DNA of 64,000 nucleotides from Albugo candida (Eukaryota): NCBI GenBank assembly GCA_040437565.1, contig JBDOQK010000032.1, positions 124,001 to 188,000 of the forward strand, read 5' to 3'. Shown piece by piece: positions 57,584 to 64,000 of this stretch (position 1 is its first letter; each line of letters starts with the position of its first letter). The notes under the pieces were generated by a model. It saw only the letters and a program-made list of their open reading frames with translations, ran no database searches and was not told where the DNA came from. The position numbers and the translations under genes were made by a program.

Positions 57584-59830
57584 AACATCGCTTACGAGAT
57601 GGGGTAAGTACTGCAGACTTAGCCAGATAGCTGAGTCATTCCTGTTAGTACTTCGAGCTTTTTGACTTAGTTGGCATACAGGCCACCGTATTGCCTTCTG
57701 GTAGCATGAAAGCATGCGGCATTGGCTATAAGCACTTTCTCCAACTGAGTGAAAGTTCATGTAGTGAGGAAAAATCAGGATCGTTAATTCGTATTGATTC
57801 GCCTTTACTAATCGATAGTTGCTATAGCGCTCTCGACACTATAAGATTTTCCGAGCAGCTCTTCGACATGTCTTGTCACTGATGCTTCCTTGAAAAGTCG
57901 GTCAATTGTCGTTTGATCTCGTATAGCTGCATTCCAATGTTGTTTGTGGAGTTCTGAAGTGCCTTTGTTGGTGGCAGACTGAATACACAGTGATAGGTCT
58001 TGTTTCAGTAAATGTATTTGAAGGAAACCGACGAAAAAAAGGTAAGGTCGATTTTCTAGCATGTAGAAGAACAGGCCTTGTACATATGAATATAGACTAA
58101 TTGACGATCCAGCGTTTCCCAATTCTTATGACGGTTGGAAAAGTTCACCCGTATGTTTTTGATTTTTCATTCGTCCGTCCGTTCGTCCGCAATGGCCGTA
58201 CTAAAGTTAGTGGGTGTCATTTTATTGACATCCATCAGTTCAAAGCATCATGATGTTGTATCTGATCATTTACGCTGAAGTCAAAATATTGGGCTTTTGA
58301 GCTTCTTTGAGACTGAGTTTCTCTTCACGCTTCAAATCCATGTCGCACATACTGTGTCTCTCCACATCGCCGGAACAACATAAAGATATCAATCAAAAGC
58401 CTTCTCCTCGATTTGTCCATATTAGCATGGTCGACGACATCAAACGCTCATAATTTTGTACAAACTGGTCCGTGTCCACAAACCAGCTCAAGTGGTGTTG
58501 ATCCAAGATCTGTAACACACGCATACGATTCGTGATGTGAGTTGCGGTAATTATAGCTTTAAACCACCGATTCTGTTCAATCTGGGTGTGATGAAAAGCG
58601 GATATTGTTCTTTCCGTGCCTTTCCTGTTTAACTGCCGAGGAAATTATGGATCAGTCGTATTTCAGCGTATTCGCATCTTTGCGAAGGATGATCGCTATG
58701 TTCCAAACCATTTTCCGGTTCAACTTGTGAATTCTTCCTGTTGGATTGACAGTATACCGAAATTCTTCGTCACATAGTATTCCATCACGTATCCGACATA
58801 TCTACCATTAGCGTAACCATTCATCCTGCCCCAGCCTGAGATAATGGATGATTATGTCCCGTGACCAGGAACGTTTATTTTACTATTCAAGTGCGTGCCC
58901 TAATATGAGTTTGTAGAGACTTGTACTGATATTTCCAATTCATGCATCTTTCACAAATTCTGTCCGCATGATCGTTATACGCGACCTTCTTCGATACCGG
59001 TCCATCCAGCAAATTTCCATATGTTGTGCTTTCCAAGATACGAATGGCCAAGTTGAGCATGCCATAGGTTTATATTTTAGCCGTGCTACATTCAAGGATG
59101 ATAGCTTTTCTGCTTGAAATTTCCACAATTGGCTCATCGTGATTATGATCCTGCACGTATACTTGAAGATGTAGTATAGACACCCTCTGACGCCAACGCT
59201 GCGATGGGCACTGATAGTACGTAAACCCTCAGTTCGTATTGGTCTCGAATTCGGTATTCTCACACAAATGTGCGCACTACAAAAGACTTTTGCTCTTGGT
59301 ATCGTCTTTGGGTATGAATTGGCTTCCTTATGGCAGGGGACAAAGGAGACGCAACCAGAGGTGATGTAACAGAACTCGGCAGAGATAGTCTATCGGGTGG
59401 TGCGGATGTAGAGCCAGCGGTTGATGCATGGAGGAGATTGCTTATGCAGTCATGCTGATTTTGTTCGAATGAATGAAAGTGATCCTATAGAACAGCATGC
59501 ACCCCTAAGAACATGATACGATCCTGTCATTTTATTACGTGAGCTAAAGGATGGAATACATTCTTCACATCCAATCGCTCGATGAGGACACCCGTCAATC
59601 ACGACAAAATTATAGCAAGTTAAGGATCTAATGGATCGAACCCAACATATCTAGAATGAATCACGGACACACAACTCAAAAACCTATGTATCCTTCTCTG
59701 CGGATCGAATGCATTTGAGGTTCCAAAAAATTTGCTTGCGACGAACCAGTCCTACTTGACCAATTGCCGAAAGTTTGCTTGTCATCGACAGCGAAATGTC
59801 TCAGTAGCATTGAGATGACGGGAAAATGAA

Positions 59831-61507
59831 CTACTGCAAGTCGATTCGATTGAAATGGTTCTGCATTGATTGCATTTGTGATGATATGGATCGTTGATGC
59901 TGTGATGGAGGCGGCTGAGACGAAAACGCAGCTCTCAAACGGCTAGGGCCGTTGTTAGGTGTTGAAGATGTGCTTTGTCCGTCCGTATAAGTTTCATCAG
60001 CTTCTTCATTCCGAGATCCATGTGGATGCAGAAAGCCAGTCGTGTGATTGATGAAAAAATGTGTAAGTCGCATCTTTTTGCTCGGTTTGATAGACAAAAC
60101 CGTACGGCCAAACTAAGTAGAAGACAGACTTGTTGGTGACGCGTCGTTCAAGTAAGCATTCTAGAGAAAATGTACCTTGATATGAACAGAATGATTGCTT
60201 TGGAGATGCAGAGGTCGATATATATACCGCAGAGTCCCATTTGAGCTGCCGGCGTCCTTGATAAAAAACTCTCCCTAAAATTTTCGATGAGCATCAAATT
60301 ACACAGCTTTCACAGGATAATCATACCTTGTTGTAATGAATCTCTGCGTGTATGGTGGACACTGTTCGGTATTTTAAGATCAAATCGCATTGCGATGAGC
60401 GACCAACCATCAAAGGTCGGTGCGCTTCCGTTTCCAAAAGTGATTTATAGCTTAGTTGATACTTTGTTGATAGATTCAAAGTGGTTGATGAATGTTTCGT
60501 CACCACTTGAAACATAATGGATGGTGCGCTGAGTCGATCCGGCATAAGGGACACAAATCGACCATCTGGAAGCTTGCTTTTGGCAGGATAAGGTGTTTTA
60601 CAAATAGAGCAAGTCCGAGCATTACTCTCGTCGAGAATCGTGCAAACTTCGTTCTTGTCCCCATTCGTATTCCATCGCTTGAGACAATTCAGATGTATGT
60701 ACTTGGTATCACCGGTACACTTGCACGGAGCAATAAGTGGATTATCGTCCTCGGACTCGTCATAGCATATGTAGCATGTTGCACTCATAGATCGGCGTTG
60801 CGCCGAGTTTCGTGGCTTAGACTCATCCATTGCTGGTGTATCACCGATCTCGTCATCTGTGTCTAAACCGCTATCCGCATCTGGTCCCATTGCTTCTTGA
60901 CAAATTACTCGCTGAATCAAGGTGCTAACCTCAGATGAAGACAAGGAAGCATCGTTACTGCCCAATCCACCCGTGTCAATCTCCGTCACTAAGAGACCCA
61001 CAGAGCCAAATCGAATGATATCACCCACGCGTATTCGATGCTTGCCACTTCGTATAGATTTTGTGCCCAAAATTTGACAGGTTCCAGTGTGTGCCGAAAA
61101 CTTTTCTGAAGAAGGAAGCAACTCGTATCCTTCATTTACATAATCAATATTCAAACAAGGCGCTCGTGGATCCTCAATGTACATTTTCTCGCGTGAACTG
61201 GATGCTACGACTTCTAACACAACATTCGTCAGCACGAAATACCATAAAAAAAGTTGACGATATGTACCATTGCTCTGCGCATGTTTTGGACCGTAAATGG
61301 TAACTCCACACTTTGACAAAGTACGCCGAAATTTGTTTTTAGCAACAGCGGTGATCCCACGAATTTCAAGTCTATACATTCAAAAATCAACTCAGAACTT
61401 TTGACAGGCTATATACTCAAGTGGACCTACATGTCTGCTTTACCGTCTCCACTAAAAAATTCTGTGGCACGAGACAAACTCCATTTTTTGTCGGATGTAG
61501 GTGTCAT
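59831..61507 (-). CDS. FHA + RING-variant (RING-CH) + FHA E3 ligase-like protein
   Basis: GDIIRFGS first FHA end; CYICYD..PLIAPCKCTGDTKYIHLNCLKRW..CSICK; VGRSSQCD..TVSTIHAEI..KDAGSSNGT second FHA; several introns, including 61214-61267. Confidence 0.88.
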
Positions 61508-62120
61508 TTTAAAAGTGATGTACCTCGGTATCAATTTCTGCAGTGAAGGCGATTGTACGTGGTGATGGATTGAGAAGAATAGTCAATGCGATCTCTCTAG
61601 ACGTCAAGAATTCTGTCGGGGCGTAATGTTGGAAATAACAGAGTAGAAATGAAACCTATTTCTCTTAAAATTTTAATGTGAGTAATATTTTGTATTTTAT
61701 TTCTGTCCGCCTTCTCTCCCTGTTTTTACGGAATACAATTTTCTTTATAAAACACAGATGAGAGAAACTTGGAACAAAAGGCTATAATAGATAGTATTTT
61801 CCTAGAAAATACAGAACATACTTTATGATTGTATCGATCACCACACTCTTTTAGGGCTTGCCGTGTAGAAGATTAGAACGACGGAACAGACTATACTCAA
61901 ACAGTTGCTTAGCTCTGCGCATGAACTAATCACCTAATACCGCCCTACTCACATTTCCAGTAACTTGTATCGTATCTGAATCGTTTTGAGTCTGGGAAAT
62001 CATTCCTTTCTTTCAACTTAAGCTTTGATTTGTTTACTAATTGGTAGTCGTGACGTGTGTCAAACACCAGAGTATAAACTATCGAGGGTTTTCAAGTAAA
62101 ACATATTGTCTTAGAGCTCC

Positions 62121-63023
62121 ATGGCGCTCGAACTTCGTCGACGATGGAGTGATGAAAGTATTACATACAATCGACATTTATCACGCAGCTCTACTGAGTC
62201 AACTTCTTCGAATCATCATCATCGTTCACCTTTTGTAACACATATTACTGCGAATTACGAGTGTAATGATGGCTCCGAAGGAAATGAACATCATTCTAGC
62301 TGTATTCCGGACGATCAAGAATGCGTTATCTGTTTAGATACTCTTGTCAACTCGGGTCAAGCACTCTTCACAGCAGAATGTGGTCATCGGTATCACTTCA
62401 ACTGTCTGCTGGAGAATATAAATCATGATGAAGCGAATTCTGACAAATGTCCGATTTGCCGCAAATCACAGCATGAATGGCCACATCAGACCAAAGGACT
62501 CGTAAATGCGCACCCCTTCTGTACAAATTGTGGTAAAAGAGGGACCGGTGGTCAATTCTGCGATGGTTGCGGTCATTCACTGTCACATACACCTACCGCG
62601 CGTGATCGTGCACGTGCCGCTGCGGCAGCGATTGCAGCAAGAAGCAGTATTGTTGTCGAGTGTCCAACGTGTCGTGTCCGCTGTCTAGTGAATACAAACG
62701 CAAGAGGAACCCTGCAGTGCCCGAATGGTCATTTATTTCAAGTTCACGTTGCGAGCGGAAATGAAAATGCCCCCACCTCTGCTGGAAGCTCAATTAGACC
62801 TTCTATGGGTGGTCCTCACAGCTTTCGACCGCCTCCCCAATTGCGTTCCAGCGCACCGCATACCGCCCCAAGTCATACTGCTGGACATCGTGAGTCGTTC
62901 GGATCGAGTCGAGTGATAATGCGGCAGTGTCCGACTTGTTTTACTCACGTCCAGATGCCGCCAGGATCTCATACTGGCCAATACATGTGCCCTCATGGTC
63001 ATACATTTTACTACGCTCCGTAA
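62121..63023 (+). CDS. RING finger protein with several zinc-ribbon modules
   Basis: CVICLD..GQALFTAECGHRYHFNCL..CPICR; FCTNCG..FCDGCG; two CPTC-x(11-13)-CPxGH motifs; intronless, 300 aa. Confidence 0.85.
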   Translation: MALELRRRWSDESITYNRHLSRSSTESTSSNHHHRSPFVTHITANYECNDGSEGNEHHSSCIPDDQECVICLDTLVNSGQALFTAECGHRYHFNCLLENINHDEANSDKCPICRKSQHEWPHQTKGLVNAHPFCTNCGKRGTGGQFCDGCGHSLSHTPTARDRARAAAAAIAARSSIVVECPTCRVRCLVNTNARGTLQCPNGHLFQVHVASGNENAPTSAGSSIRPSMGGPHSFRPPPQLRSSAPHTAPSHTAGHRESFGSSRVIMRQCPTCFTHVQMPPGSHTGQYMCPHGHTFYYAP

Positions 63024-63135
63024 AAGTGCTCCTTTGGAATTACAAGAGTCTCACGTGTAGCAGTAGTGGTTCATTTTTTCCAATTTTTATCAGAGTTTAC
63101 GAATTCGATAGAAGAGAGAGAGATAACGAAAGATA

Positions 63136-64000
63136 TTATTCAGGTCCTTGGGAAATGAGAATATCGCCACAGATGAACGCATTCAGACCTTGTAACTTTT
63201 TGAGTGTGAGGTCCATGGGGTAGCTGTACATTTCGACATTCAAAGGCATCGAATTTGCGGTCCGTTGATCCACTTGGATATATGTCCAGCAAACAGGAAC
63301 AAACGCGTTTGCATCCGATATCACATCGCCGTCCAAAGTAGCAGTCGGAGGTGGAGGAGGTGTTGACATGGTGTTGCCTTGTTCCGTTGTGTATGAGGCT
63401 ATAGGAGAAAAAACTGATGCATCTTTCGGGGATACTGTGAGCTCGAAAACAACGCACGCGCCGTGTGGAAGATTCTCCAAAGGTGTTTGCATGTGCCAAG
63501 TAAACGACCACAACAGCGAGGACGACAATACAAGTGGCTGGATAGATACCTGCTGACGCATTTCCACAAGATTGCGCTGCAGACCAACAACGGAAATGAT
63601 TACACGTGGTCGATACAGATTTTGAGGGTTATCGAGACCGATAGATTCGATAAACACCGACACATACGAGCTGTGACGTATTTTTCCAGGCTCCTTCTGC
63701 AGGAATAGAAGCGGGACTTCCGCTTGATACGAATTTATGATTCCAGTATTTGCATTCGGACTCAAGCCTGCATTACCGGCGTTTGCGTTGGAATATTTTC
63801 TTTTCACAGCGCTCAAAAGAGCGCTTGACGATGCTGTTGTTCGCTGCAAAAAGCTGAGCGTTCGTTGCCTGCTGGAATTCGGTGACGTTGCGATTGGCTT
63901 GATTGCAAACGAGTTTGTTCGTGGAGAGGAACAAGAGACGCTAGATATGGCATTTTTAACCAGCACGGCCTTCAACTTTTGTACTTGAATCATCTCGCTC
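63136..64000 (-). CDS. 3' part of a protein ending in an AIDA-type C2 domain (5' part outside the window)
   Basis: VFIESIGLDNPQNLYRPRVIISV...QTPLENLPHGACVVFEL...CWTY...EMYSYPMDL resembles the Aida_C2 family. Confidence 0.7.
   Translation of the reverse strand, partial: SEMIQVQKLKAVLVKNAISSVSCSSPRTNSFAIKPIATSPNSSRQRTLSFLQRTTASSSALLSAVKRKYSNANAGNAGLSPNANTGIINSYQAEVPLLFLQKEPGKIRHSSYVSVFIESIGLDNPQNLYRPRVIISVVGLQRNLVEMRQQVSIQPLVLSSSLLWSFTWHMQTPLENLPHGACVVFELTVSPKDASVFSPIASYTTEQGNTMSTPPPPPTATLDGDVISDANAFVPVCWTYIQVDQRTANSMPLNVEMYSYPMDLTLKKLQGLNAFICGDILISQGPE

Noticed and set aside
1592-61267. Several in-frame stop-free introns (1592-1642, 4806-4865, about 42680-42740, 61214-61267) as a programmed retention system
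   Set aside because: With dozens of 50-60 nt introns, a handful of 3n stop-free ones is expected by chance.
1-64000. CRISPR arrays, tRNA/rRNA genes, intact transposases or retroelements, prokaryotic operons
   Set aside because: None recognised by eye; the window is spliceosomal-intron-containing eukaryotic DNA.

Overview
Eukaryotic, gene-dense scaffold from an oomycete. An Albugo-like white rust is plausible, inferred from the compact 50-65 nt introns, oomycete-typical START+FYVE and CxY..C..C..H proteins, and retained flagellar genes. About 24 protein-coding genes are supported: a membrane protein fragment, an RBP45/47-like RRM protein, two tandem Mn-SODs, a La-motif protein, RPS3, REV1, GTP cyclohydrolase I, a multi-EF-hand protein, RAD21, probable INTS7, a START/FYVE protein, CtIP/SAE2, an oomycete Zn-finger protein, IFT54 with two CH domains, an EDR2-like protein, tesmin/LIN54-type CXC with a C-terminal F-box, a CID-cyclin-RS protein, an STPG2-like protein, SulP-STAS-cNMP, FHA-RINGv-FHA, a RING/zinc-ribbon protein and an AIDA-type C2 protein. 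There are three gene-poor stretches (about 7.1-8.9, 29.8-34.7 and 53.3-59.8 kb). Ten 100-N gaps are present; nine are flanked by apparently identical overlaps, so the apparent tandem duplications are assembly artefacts. Best leads: (1) the two MnSODs carry reciprocal substitutions in the inter-subunit His30-Tyr166 pair, suggesting an obligate or asymmetric heteromer; (2) a 441-nt intron in the cyclin gene folds into a long stem that sequesters a cryptic GTAAGC donor; (3) unusual domain fusions (CID+cyclin+RS, CXC+F-box, double-CH IFT54). No tRNA, rRNA, CRISPR array or intact transposon was recognised. All calls are by eye; no searches were run.
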